Under the pieces are notes generated by a model. The model did not search any database. It was given only the letters and a program-made list of their open reading frames with translations, and was not told where the DNA came from. Below, in pieces: positions 38,002 through 47,290 of a DNA stretch of 64,000 bases. This DNA comes from Candidatus Woesearchaeota archaeon (GTDB lineage: Archaea; Nanobdellota; Nanobdellia; Woesearchaeales; GW2011-AR4): assembly GCA_016185945.1 (NCBI GenBank), contig JACPMR010000010.1, forward strand, positions 109,923-173,922. The letters are read 5' to 3'. A program made the translations under genes and the position numbers. Numbering within the stretch: the stretch's first letter is position 1; every line of letters begins with the position of its first letter.

Positions 38002-41000
38002 ATGAAAAAGGATAAACTAATAACTTCATTTTTTGTATTTGTACTACTTATTAATATAGCCTCAGCCATAACCACTTACGAAGAAACCTCCTCCGTCTCG
38101 AGAATAGTCGGCGAATCACCTACAGAAATGCTGAGGCAGATGCAGAGAAATGAAATAGATTTGCAGCATGCAACTTACTTTGGCCATAACCTTATTCTTA
38201 ATGAGAAAATATCTATTTTGAATGAGCAGTTTAAGGCAAACAAGCATGTTGAGACTGGATGGATGAGAAGAGAATTAGATAATAAAATTCCGGGATTTAG
38301 CACAAATGAGCTGTTTTTATTGGAAACAACTGGAGAGCCAGATACGCTATATGCAAAATCTAAAACTCTTACGTTTTTTGATGAAAAAATAACTCCAACC
38401 CATTTGCAACAATGGCAATTGTCATTCGAGACAAACAATCCATTAATGCTGTGGGACAGCCCTTATGCAGGCTCGTATCTTCCGAAAGAGGATACTTTTG
38501 TTTCGAGACTGGTAAGGGACACAACAATAATTGCTCCAACTTCGTTCAACAGCCCTGAATTCACAAAATCTTTCCTTTGCCAATTAGTAAATGACAAAAC
38601 CATAGGGCAGGTTTTCAAGGAAGCAAGAAACTTCCATTACAATGGAGGCTCAAAAACATCAGGAGATAATTTAATCGGATTAGTTCTGCAGTCATATGCT
38701 TTGTACGGCAATCCAAGGCAGGTAATAAAAATGGACTGGAACGATGCAGATTTGGAAAAAATAAAAAAATATTGCGAAAATTTCCTAGAAAACCTTGCGC
38801 CAGACATTGATTTTCTTGAGCAGGTTGGAAACTATTCAAAGTTCAGGAAGCATGTTGTGTTTGAGATTCCTTCATACACAATTGAAAGCAACGGCAACTA
38901 CTCTATAATAAACGCTGAGAACACTTTCCAGAACCTTGAATTTGGGGAATTAGTGCTGCCAATGGCAGTAAGGACAACACATTTCCCATTAAACACTTTG
39001 ATAACCAACTTTTCTGTTGACTACATTGGAGATTATGTTGATTTGACAGTCAATGACTTGCCATCTTACGAGCAGGAACTAGCAAACAGGACTTGCTATA
39101 CAGACAATGAAAGCCATTCCATACAATTTGAAAACTCATACACTGAAAACAGCCAGGATTTCATTGCAAGAATAACTCCAGTTGAAATTATAAACTGCAC
39201 TGAAGGAAGATTCAGGCTGTACAAAAAATTCAATTACTCAGTAGATTATATAGCGCTAAGCCCTGTTTTAATAAAAAGCATTGTTGCGCCGATTGTAGAG
39301 CCGGTAAACAGCATAGTCAATATAAGCATTGAGCTATTGCCATTGACAAGCAATGTATCAAATGGCTCCTTGGCGATATTTGATGAAAACAACAACAAGC
39401 TCTGGGAGCAGGAAACAACAACAAACATAACTAATTACAATGCCTCATTCTTAGCGCCAAACAAAGAAAGCTTAAGCACTTACAGCGTTGAATTCATTGT
39501 AAATAATGAAACCCTGAACTTTGATAAATTCTCTCTATTTTCAATATTGCTGGATGTCAGCGCAGATATTCCGGTGCATGCAAACTCAACTCAAGCAATA
39601 AACCTTAACTTTTATTCCTATTCTGCAGACAGCTTTGAGCTTCGAGGAAAATACTATCTCACAAAAGGAACGCAAATCATAGCAGAAGGCAATATAACAA
39701 AAACAATAAGCCAAGGGGCAAACCAGCATCAGCTTGTACTCTCCAACCTCTTAAGGGAAGAGCAAAGCTATACCCTAACTTTCGAGCTTAATTACCTCGA
39801 GCAGAGCAAGACATTAAGCTATATATTGAGCACAAACAATGTGCCGATTCTTTTCGCTGACATCTCTAAAAGTTACACAGAAAATGACACTGTAGCTATA
39901 AACTATACGGCATTTGATTATGACAACGACGCATTGAACATAACAATAAACGATTCCAGATTCGTAAACCAAGACAATGCATTTTTCTGGAAAACAAATA
40001 AGGGAGATGAAGGGAATTATAGTGTGAAACTTACAGCAAGCGACGGCTTAACCCAAGATACAAAAACACTTTCTTTCAGCATATCAAAGCCGCCTGTATT
40101 AACATTCATGAAAATTGAATCATTAAGCACAATATACACTCAAGGCTACTATAAAATATTTGAGTTTGTAATATTTAATGATGGATTTGTTACTATAACA
40201 GATGTCCAATGGCAGTTCGACACTGGTGACGCAAATATAATATCAAACAATCAGAATATAACTTCTTTAAGCCCTGGAGAAAGGACATTTGTCATTGTTG
40301 AATACAATTACACAAACAATGGAGTTTATAATGTGACTGCAAAAGCAAGCGGCATGGGGCAAGAGCCAGTAACAGCTCAATTAAGCTCAAGCGTGAATAT
40401 TGGAGGGCTTATAATAAAAAGGTTTGATGCAATCAGCATTATCGGAACTAATGCTGTATTTGAAGTGGAAGCCCAGAATATGCTTAACGAGCCGATAGGC
40501 AGCATAAGATGGACACTGGCAACAGGAGATGGAAGCATAATAAACTCGACAAATAGCTTCATGCTTGCTTCAAATGAAACCATAACGCTATTATTAGAAT
40601 ATAATTACACTTCAGGCAGTGTTTATAATCCAGTTTTTGAAATAACTAATGGTACTTACTCTAATTCAAAGTCAATGTTGATAAACACAACAAGCCCGGG
40701 AATATTGCCAACTCCTGTCCCGGCAAACAGAACGTTTCCAGATGTAAGCAAATTCCTTGTCAAAGACTCCTCTGGCAACAGCATAGCATGGTTCGGAGAT
40801 GCCGGCAATATTGTTATAAAAGGCGTGCTTGAGCAAAACTCCAATTATCAGGAACAGCCAAATGACCTGTTTGCAATGGCAAAGGATGGAAATGTGTTCT
40901 TTGTAATAGCGCAAAACGGCTCAATGTACATTGACGGAACTTTAACTGAAAAATTTGAAGGAACCTTGACATCCTCCAATGGGGTTAATAATTTGGGAAT

Positions 41001-41091
41001 TTACGGAAGTGATGGCAACCTTGTTGGACTGGTAAACACTTCAGGGCACATATTCCTTAAAGAAACTTTAACTCAGAATGGTAACCCTTAA
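38002..41091 (+). CDS. Secreted protein: C-half of a degenerate C25 gingipain-like domain, C25-propeptide-like region, CARDB/PKD-like domains
   Basis: Signal peptide; VSRIVGESPTEM, TIGQVFKEAR, YALYGNP, FGELVLP; Ig-like repeats. Confidence 0.7.
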   Translation: MKKDKLITSFFVFVLLINIASAITTYEETSSVSRIVGESPTEMLRQMQRNEIDLQHATYFGHNLILNEKISILNEQFKANKHVETGWMRRELDNKIPGFSTNELFLLETTGEPDTLYAKSKTLTFFDEKITPTHLQQWQLSFETNNPLMLWDSPYAGSYLPKEDTFVSRLVRDTTIIAPTSFNSPEFTKSFLCQLVNDKTIGQVFKEARNFHYNGGSKTSGDNLIGLVLQSYALYGNPRQVIKMDWNDADLEKIKKYCENFLENLAPDIDFLEQVGNYSKFRKHVVFEIPSYTIESNGNYSIINAENTFQNLEFGELVLPMAVRTTHFPLNTLITNFSVDYIGDYVDLTVNDLPSYEQELANRTCYTDNESHSIQFENSYTENSQDFIARITPVEIINCTEGRFRLYKKFNYSVDYIALSPVLIKSIVAPIVEPVNSIVNISIELLPLTSNVSNGSLAIFDENNNKLWEQETTTNITNYNASFLAPNKESLSTYSVEFIVNNETLNFDKFSLFSILLDVSADIPVHANSTQAINLNFYSYSADSFELRGKYYLTKGTQIIAEGNITKTISQGANQHQLVLSNLLREEQSYTLTFELNYLEQSKTLSYILSTNNVPILFADISKSYTENDTVAINYTAFDYDNDALNITINDSRFVNQDNAFFWKTNKGDEGNYSVKLTASDGLTQDTKTLSFSISKPPVLTFMKIESLSTIYTQGYYKIFEFVIFNDGFVTITDVQWQFDTGDANIISNNQNITSLSPGERTFVIVEYNYTNNGVYNVTAKASGMGQEPVTAQLSSSVNIGGLIIKRFDAISIIGTNAVFEVEAQNMLNEPIGSIRWTLATGDGSIINSTNSFMLASNETITLLLEYNYTSGSVYNPVFEITNGTYSNSKSMLINTTSPGILPTPVPANRTFPDVSKFLVKDSSGNSIAWFGDAGNIVIKGVLEQNSNYQEQPNDLFAMAKDGNVFFVIAQNGSMYIDGTLTEKFEGTLTSSNGVNNLGIYGSDGNLVGLVNTSGHIFLKETLTQNGNP

Positions 41092-41195
41092 TGTTGCTTG
41101 CGGACTAAAACGGTTTTACACCTCTTTTTGCGTAAAACCACCCTTTGTCCGCAAGGTTTAGAATCATAAAATTAAAATTGTTTGAGGTGAATAAA

Positions 41196-42902
41196 ATGGA
41201 AAAGATACGTGAAAAGGAATTTAAGACCAGAAAAAAGAATGTATTGGGCAGAATATTCTCCCACAAATTAACCAATTTCACCTCATTAATATTTATCCTA
41301 GCGGCAGCCCTAATCTTCATGCCTCTTGCAAATGCAGCCACTGTAAGAATCCAGAACGGAGTTTTAAATATCTCAAATAATTTGTTAGTCAGCACAAATG
41401 CATTATTTGTGGACGCTGCAAACAACAAGGTAGGCATAGGCACCACAAGCCCGGGCATCGCGACCACAGGCTCGCCGGCATTTACTGTTCTTGGCTCATC
41501 CGAGACACTAATTGAAGTAGGCAGGTCAGCTCCCATCTCTGATGGACTTAGGTTGGGGCAGTATGACTTTATTTCGACAGCGCAGAATCCAGGGAATGAG
41601 CAAGTAGGTGCCATTATCGGCGAATTGCAGGGAAACCATCCTGGAGTAAAAGGAGGAAGGATCCTGCTGCAAACGCGTGCAGATGGAGGCGGGATGACAA
41701 ACCGAATGACGATAGACAATGCAGGAAATGTCGGCATCGGTACGCTTTCCCCGGAAAGCACGCTTGATGTCAGGGGCGCGGTGAAAGCAACATCCTTTGC
41801 CGGGGATGGAAGCCAGCTTACCAATTTGCCAACTGCAACAGGCAGCAGCAATTCTTTATGGAACAGTACAGGCAACAATATCTATCAAAGTGAATTGAAA
41901 GGAAATGTAGGCATTGGTACGGCTAGCCCAGATACCCTTCTTCATCTAGCAAGTTCTACCAATGCAATGCAAATCTTGGAAACAGCCAATGTAGCGAACG
42001 CCGGCGGCATGAATTTCCGACGGGCAAGAGGAAGTTTAGCAAGCAAGAGTGCTGTTCAGAACGCTGATGAAATTGTGAACTTGCAGTTCCAGGCTTATGA
42101 CGGAACAGCTTACAGGAATGCAGGAGTAATCGGAGCGATAGTTGATGGCACACCGGGAAGTAGCGATATGCCGGGAGCGTTGCTTTTTCTGACCACTCCT
42201 GATAATTCTGGCGCAGCTTCGGAAAGAATGAGAATTGACAGCAAGGGCAACATCGGCATTGGAACTACAAACCCTCAAACTAAGCTCGACATCACAGGCA
42301 CACTTCGAGCATCTTCAACGATAACCTCTTCAGCATTAACGCAAGGCTCGGTTATTTTTTCTGGAGCAAATGGGGCATTATCGCAAGATAATACAAATCT
42401 TTATTGGGACAACACGAATAAGATACTATCTCTTGGAACGACAACGCCGACAGATGTTACCAATGATGCAAAAGTCATAGTAATCGACGCTGGAAGCGGC
42501 AGAGCGAGTTTCAACATAGCAGGTTCGGCAGGCGGGGAAGGAGAAGTCTTCGGAATGATGGTTTTCAACAACAAAAACTCTGATGCAGCAACGCTTTTCC
42601 GCACGGCTTCAATTCAGGCAATTCAGCCAAGCACGGACGCAGATGAATCCGAAGTACAATTCGCTGTCCATAGCGCAACGGCAGGAGGGGCAGGCAATGT
42701 CCAAGCCATGCGGATAGACAAGAGAGGCTACGTCGGCATAGGAGACACGACTCCGGATGCAATGCTTGACGTGGCAGGAGAGATGAGGGCGGATGGCGTA
42801 GCTTTAGATGGCTCTGGAAAAGTTGTATGCATCAAATCAAATGGTGATTTTGGGACTTGCTCGTCGGTTGCAGCATCAGACGGAACTTGCACTTGCGGGT
42901 AA
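41196..42902 (+). CDS. Secreted tail-fibre/adhesin-like protein with GNVGIGTxxP repeats
   Basis: SD GAGGTGA; hydrophobic signal; five (K/N/Y)(V/I)GIG repeats, several preceded by RMxID; Cys-rich end. Confidence 0.8.
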   Translation: MEKIREKEFKTRKKNVLGRIFSHKLTNFTSLIFILAAALIFMPLANAATVRIQNGVLNISNNLLVSTNALFVDAANNKVGIGTTSPGIATTGSPAFTVLGSSETLIEVGRSAPISDGLRLGQYDFISTAQNPGNEQVGAIIGELQGNHPGVKGGRILLQTRADGGGMTNRMTIDNAGNVGIGTLSPESTLDVRGAVKATSFAGDGSQLTNLPTATGSSNSLWNSTGNNIYQSELKGNVGIGTASPDTLLHLASSTNAMQILETANVANAGGMNFRRARGSLASKSAVQNADEIVNLQFQAYDGTAYRNAGVIGAIVDGTPGSSDMPGALLFLTTPDNSGAASERMRIDSKGNIGIGTTNPQTKLDITGTLRASSTITSSALTQGSVIFSGANGALSQDNTNLYWDNTNKILSLGTTTPTDVTNDAKVIVIDAGSGRASFNIAGSAGGEGEVFGMMVFNNKNSDAATLFRTASIQAIQPSTDADESEVQFAVHSATAGGAGNVQAMRIDKRGYVGIGDTTPDAMLDVAGEMRADGVALDGSGKVVCIKSNGDFGTCSSVAASDGTCTCG

Positions 42903-42908
42903 ACTGAG

Positions 42909-43313
42909 TCAATTCACAAACACAATCCCATTGCTTTTTGTTACTTTGTTGCTTCCCTTTGCAATATTGCCCGTGACATTCGCAGGCAGAAACTTGACAT
43001 ATTCATTGCCGAGATAATCCACAACAATCTCCTTGTTGTCAATCACGCTTATGGTGTAGTTAATTCCATTGACTGTCTGCGGCATTGAAAATGCTCTTAT
43101 GTAGCCGTCATTGACTGACTTTGCAATCTCAATTTCCCTGTAGGCAAAGTTTGCTATGTCCTCTGCAACCTTCTTGTTGCCTTCCTCTTTTGCCTCGAGA
43201 AATCTTGAGCTTGTGACTGCGAAAAATCCAAGCATAACCATAAGCATAAAGGTTGCCAGAAGAACAAACTCCATGGCTGACTGGGATTTTGGATTTGTTT
43301 TGAGTTGATTCAT
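42909..43313 (-). CDS. Class III signal peptide (pilin-like) protein
   Basis: KSQSAMEF followed by a hydrophobic helix. Confidence 0.85.
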   Translation of the reverse strand: MNQLKTNPKSQSAMEFVLLATFMLMVMLGFFAVTSSRFLEAKEEGNKKVAEDIANFAYREIEIAKSVNDGYIRAFSMPQTVNGINYTISVIDNKEIVVDYLGNEYVKFLPANVTGNIAKGSNKVTKSNGIVFVN

Positions 43314-43343
43314 TCTTAATTGAGGTTATTGTGATTTTAATTT

Positions 43344-43513
43344 TTCAATCTGTCGCTTCGCGACATTGGTTACGCGCCTCGGCATTTTGCTGTTGAAGAT
43401 TGTTTTTCTTTGTGCTCCTCCTCGGCGCAAATTTATTTTGACTGCCAGCGATACGTCCCTGAGCTGGGTTCCCACATTATGCTTGCTAATAGTGGGAAGC
43501 GACGTCGATTGAA
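43344..43513. repeat. Family A element copy
   Basis: TTCAATC...GATTGAA ends; colinear with 701-873 with compensatory stem changes. Confidence 0.8.
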
Positions 43514-43567
43514 TTATTTTTTTAATTGTTTTTTGATTTTTTAATTATCTGGTATTTTCCAAACAAA

Positions 43568-44038
43568 TCAAATAACATCTATGCTGACAGAGTTCTTGCC
43601 TGCCTCTACCTTGACTTTCTTCAGCCCTGAGCTTGAAAGCCCTGGAAGCGAGCATATATTCGCGCTGCAAGTTCCGGCTGTCGTGAGATTTACAGAGGAC
43701 AGGAACACAATCTCTGAAGTGCCGAAGCTTGTTGTCAAATTAAAAACAAGCTCCCTGCCGTCTATGATTATTGCGCTGTAAACACTATCTGGAACATTAA
43801 GCTCAAGTGTTGTCTTGGAGCCCTGCCCTGAATAGAATATTGACTCTGCGGCATCAATTATCCCCCTGCCCAGCTTTGTCAGCTGCGCATCAGCTATCTC
43901 CTGAGTTGATTCTTTTGAATAGCTGTAAAACAGGTAGGTTGTCGGCACTATTATTGCGAAAGTAAGGGCAACCACAAGCAGGTATTCCATTGATGCCTGG
44001 GCCTTTCCATGCCCTTTAGCTTGATGTGATTTTTCCAT
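43568..44038 (-). CDS. Class III signal peptide (pilin-like) protein
   Basis: KAQASMEYLL followed by a hydrophobic helix. Confidence 0.85.
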   Translation of the reverse strand: MEKSHQAKGHGKAQASMEYLLVVALTFAIIVPTTYLFYSYSKESTQEIADAQLTKLGRGIIDAAESIFYSGQGSKTTLELNVPDSVYSAIIIDGRELVFNLTTSFGTSEIVFLSSVNLTTAGTCSANICSLPGLSSSGLKKVKVEAGKNSVSIDVI

Positions 44039-44486
44039 TTATCTTGCCATTTACTATATGCACAGGCTTACTAGGAGTGTTGACGGCATAATAGCTCATT
44101 GAAATTTTTAACTCTGCTCTTGTGCCTGCAATATAGCCGCCGCCGGAGCATGATTCAAATTTTATGTCTTTTTCAGAGGCGTGAGACCAGTCAAATGCAG
44201 CTTGAGGAGCGCAGCTTATTGGAGGGGTAGCATCATTTGTTATCTGAAGCGATGTGACCTTTACATCTTCTCCCAGATTATTGACCAGCTTTATCCTGAC
44301 TTCGGACGGCTTTAAGCCAAAATCCAGGCACTTGAACTGGGACGGGAAAACGCATTTCTGCGGCAAATATTTGCCAAAATCAAAAACTCCAAAGTAGTAG
44401 AGCGCGCCTATTGTAAGAGCGATGGCAAAAAAAGCCCATACATATGTGGTGAGAAACTCTAAGGCAGCTTGCGACTTTTTATGCAT
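44016..44486 (-). CDS. Class III signal peptide (pilin-like) protein
   Basis: KKSQAALEFLTTY; paralog of 44873..45382. Confidence 0.87.
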   Translation of the reverse strand: MHKKSQAALEFLTTYVWAFFAIALTIGALYYFGVFDFGKYLPQKCVFPSQFKCLDFGLKPSEVRIKLVNNLGEDVKVTSLQITNDATPPISCAPQAAFDWSHASEKDIKFESCSGGGYIAGTRAELKISMSYYAVNTPSKPVHIVNGKINGKITSS

Positions 44487-44504
44487 TTTAACCTCTTTTT
44501 AAAA

Positions 44505-44825
44505 GTCAAAAACCACCCATCATAGATGGGTGGCATGAATATGTCAGCATAAACATAGCGTGGTTTTGGACATCACAAAATTCCACTTATTCATGGGTTG
44601 TTTTTGAGCATCGCGAAAATCGTAGATTTTCGGGATCCTGAAAATTCATTGAATTTTCAGGATATCCAAATTCCATGCAATGTCATTGTTACACTTAAAC
44701 CACTTGTCAAAAATTCCATTAATATATAAAAAATACATGGAATTTTTGAGCATGCTCAGAAATCGCAACTATTATAAAATGTATATTGCGATTTCTGACA
44801 TATGAAACATAAGTGGGGTTTTGAT
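44505..44825. repeat. Cluster of family B hairpin elements (nested)
   Basis: GTCAAAAACCACCCATCATAGATGGGTGGCATG matches the 12837 copy with a compensatory pair; complete TGTC..GAGCATGCTC..GACA unit at 44705-44800. Confidence 0.75.
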
Positions 44826-44872
44826 ATTTAAAATCTAAAGAAGACAATATATAAAATTTGCGTTTTCAAGAA

Positions 44873-45382
44873 TTATATAACAGTCGAGAATATTTCGCCG
44901 TTTACTTCCTTAGCGTAATTAGAGCCGCTGGATACTGTATAATAGGCTATTTTAAACAGGACTTTTCCCTTCTCTCCGGAAAGCATACCAGATGCTGCTG
45001 AATTGCAGCCGCTCCATGTTAAGTCCACAATCTCTCCCGTCTTCCAGCCTGTAGGCCATGGCGGAGGAGTGGTGCATGCATATTTAGTTGCTGTTTCGCT
45101 GTCGAGTGTTATTGAACTGACTGTTATAGGCTCTCCTATGTTATTCTTCAGCTTAATTTTGAATGTACCGGTAGTTGCACCTACATAAGCTACCTGGTAG
45201 TCAAGGCATTGGAACTCAGGACCCATTGTGCACCTGTTTGGAAGCACTTTGCTCGGCTTCAAAATGCCAAAATATGCAAGAGTGCCTATCATTATCAAAA
45301 TTATCAGAAATGCCCAGCCGTATGTTGTGAGAAACTCCAATGCCGCCTGAGCCTTAGGGCTTTTAATTTTCATTCTTATCAA
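44873..45382 (-). CDS. Class III signal peptide (pilin-like) protein
   Basis: KAQAALEFLTTYGWA. Confidence 0.88.
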   Translation of the reverse strand: MIRMKIKSPKAQAALEFLTTYGWAFLIILIMIGTLAYFGILKPSKVLPNRCTMGPEFQCLDYQVAYVGATTGTFKIKLKNNIGEPITVSSITLDSETATKYACTTPPPWPTGWKTGEIVDLTWSGCNSAASGMLSGEKGKVLFKIAYYTVSSGSNYAKEVNGEIFSTVI

Positions 45383-45446
45383 CCATCTTTTTTGATTTTA
45401 ATCCAATCTATTGTTTATAAATCTTTCGATTAGTGATTTTATTTAG

Positions 45447-46472
45447 TCATAAAATACTGCCAAACAATGACGTGAAAATTTTCATAAAAAGGAAAAAAAA
45501 TGACATTGAACCAAAAATATAAAGCGGAAGGTACTTAAGCCCGCCTTTTATGTCCCCTTTTTCAACTATAGCAACTATCAGCGAGGAGAAAAGGGATATG
45601 ACAAATATTGCAACCATTGAAAATATCCTGAAGTCATTGGGATTTATGTTAACCTTTGAAAACAAGAATGGAAGGGTTGCCGCCTTTTGGGCTGCAACTG
45701 AAAGCTGCCCTACAAATTTTAAGGTGAGTATCAGCAGATGAAACGAAAGCGCAAACAGCAAGGGGCTTATTACAACAACAATAACCGAGATGAATATTAC
45801 ATACGCTATTGAAGCTGCAGACATCTCGTCTTTCAGCGCTTTTGTTTCCTTCAAATTGTCCACAAGCCTGTCGATAAGCTGGGCAACATTGCCTCCGCTT
45901 TCAATTTCGCTTATTACCAAGTCGACTGTCCTGCGAAGCATCAATGAGTCGTATTTTTCAGAGAGTTCTATCAGTGCCTTGCTGACCTCGTAGCCCGTCA
46001 TCACTTTTTTTGAGGCCTTTGCCATCTCGCTCCCCAGAACGCTGAATCTTGGCTTTATCGCTGCCCACAGAGCCCTTTCAAAAGTCATGCCTCCTTTCAG
46101 ATTGGCTGAGAGGATCTGAAGAAAATCCGGCAACTGCTCTTCCATCGTTTTTGTCCTTCGGTATATCCTCAAATCCAAGTAAAAATACACAAGCAATATG
46201 AATAATGCTGCAAAAAATAATTGTATGGCTGCCCATGCAATGAAGGAATAAACATAAACCTCAAAAAGCGAGAATTTTTTCAGGTATGGATAAATAAAGA
46301 CTATAAAAATCAATGTTGTTATAAAAGCTGAGATATAAAACAAAACTCCGAAGAACTTGTACGGGACTTCATTAAAGCCTGCCTTGAGCAGGTATCTTCT
46401 CAAATTCGGCGCAAGCTTCTTTGGCACGAATGCCTTTCCAAATTCCTCCAAGAATATTATTTTGAGTGCCAT
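45447..46472 (-). CDS. Type II/IV secretion system F-family membrane platform protein (TadC-like)
   Basis: MEEQLPDFLQILSANLKGGMTFERAL; multiple TMs; next to the ATPase. Confidence 0.88.
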   Translation of the reverse strand: MALKIIFLEEFGKAFVPKKLAPNLRRYLLKAGFNEVPYKFFGVLFYISAFITTLIFIVFIYPYLKKFSLFEVYVYSFIAWAAIQLFFAALFILLVYFYLDLRIYRRTKTMEEQLPDFLQILSANLKGGMTFERALWAAIKPRFSVLGSEMAKASKKVMTGYEVSKALIELSEKYDSLMLRRTVDLVISEIESGGNVAQLIDRLVDNLKETKALKDEMSAASIAYVIFISVIVVVISPLLFALSFHLLILTLKFVGQLSVAAQKAATLPFLFSKVNINPNDFRIFSMVAIFVISLFSSLIVAIVEKGDIKGGLKYLPLYIFGSMSFFFLFMKIFTSLFGSIL

Positions 46473-47290
46473 CAGAGATTCACCATCGGCCTTATTGACT
46501 TGAACATTGTTATGAATATAAACTCAATAATTCCAAAGAAAAACACAAACAAAAGCAGTGCCTTCAAATCAATAGGCAAATTAATGAAGCTTGATATGAC
46601 AATAAGCATTGCAATGCCAAGCGAAGGCAGTATAACGGCTCCAAGCATATAAAAAATAACCAAAGTACTGAGCTTTTTCCCGTATTTCTTTATCTCTATT
46701 TCCTCTTCCTTGGTTATTTCGTCCAAAACCGATTCAAGCGGCTTTGTGACATCGATGCCAAGCTGCAACGCGTTGTTTACATGAAACAGTATTTTTCTCA
46801 ATTTATCGGAAGGCGAGTAAACCATTGCGTTGTTAAGAGCCTTCTCAATTGTATTGCCTGTGTTAATGTCGTCAACTATTTCCTTTATGTATTTTGCAGC
46901 TATGCCCCTGCTTTCAGAGGTTTCTATCAGCGCATTGAGCAAAGGCCTTCCGGAATAAAGCTTCACAAGCAGATATCTTCCAATAAAAAGCGCTTCTTTG
47001 TTGATTTCACGCTCTCTTTTCCTTATTTTTGCCTTCACTGTAAGAAAGGAATATTCAAAAAGCAGGATGAATATTACAACAAATATCGGCGCAAGAAGCG
47101 GCAATGGCAATTTTGCCTTTTGAAGCACGAAAAAAAAAAGAGACGTAAACAAAAATGCGTACAAGGCATTTATTTTGAGATTCTTATTCACGAATTCTAC
47201 AGGAGTATAAGGCAGGTGGGCTATCCTTAGCCCTGTCTTCAGGTTTGGAGAAAGTGAAGCTATTCTGTCTACAAAGCCGATTTTACACAC
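46472..47290 (-). CDS. Second T2SS F-family membrane protein (TadB/C-like)
   Basis: SGRPLLNAL, GNTIEKAL; TM pattern. Confidence 0.85.
   Translation of the reverse strand: MCKIGFVDRIASLSPNLKTGLRIAHLPYTPVEFVNKNLKINALYAFLFTSLFFFVLQKAKLPLPLLAPIFVVIFILLFEYSFLTVKAKIRKREREINKEALFIGRYLLVKLYSGRPLLNALIETSESRGIAAKYIKEIVDDINTGNTIEKALNNAMVYSPSDKLRKILFHVNNALQLGIDVTKPLESVLDEITKEEEIEIKKYGKKLSTLVIFYMLGAVILPSLGIAMLIVISSFINLPIDLKALLLFVFFFGIIEFIFITMFKSIRPMVNL

Noticed and set aside
37103-38005. 300-aa + strand ORF as a genuine full-length protein
   Set aside because: Its middle is antisense to a clear PIN/antitoxin pair; only its ends may be remnants of a real gene
37014-38150. Diversity-generating retroelement template/variable repeat pair
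   Set aside because: Mismatches are synonymous and not adenine-specific, the repeat is at a gene 5' end, and no reverse transcriptase is present
41105-41878. 257-aa minus-strand ORF and the many other antisense ORFs in the track
   Set aside because: Shadows of well-supported genes on the opposite strand
41196-42902. Prophage suggested by the tail-fibre-like gene
   Set aside because: No capsid, terminase, portal or integrase genes; the protein has an export signal
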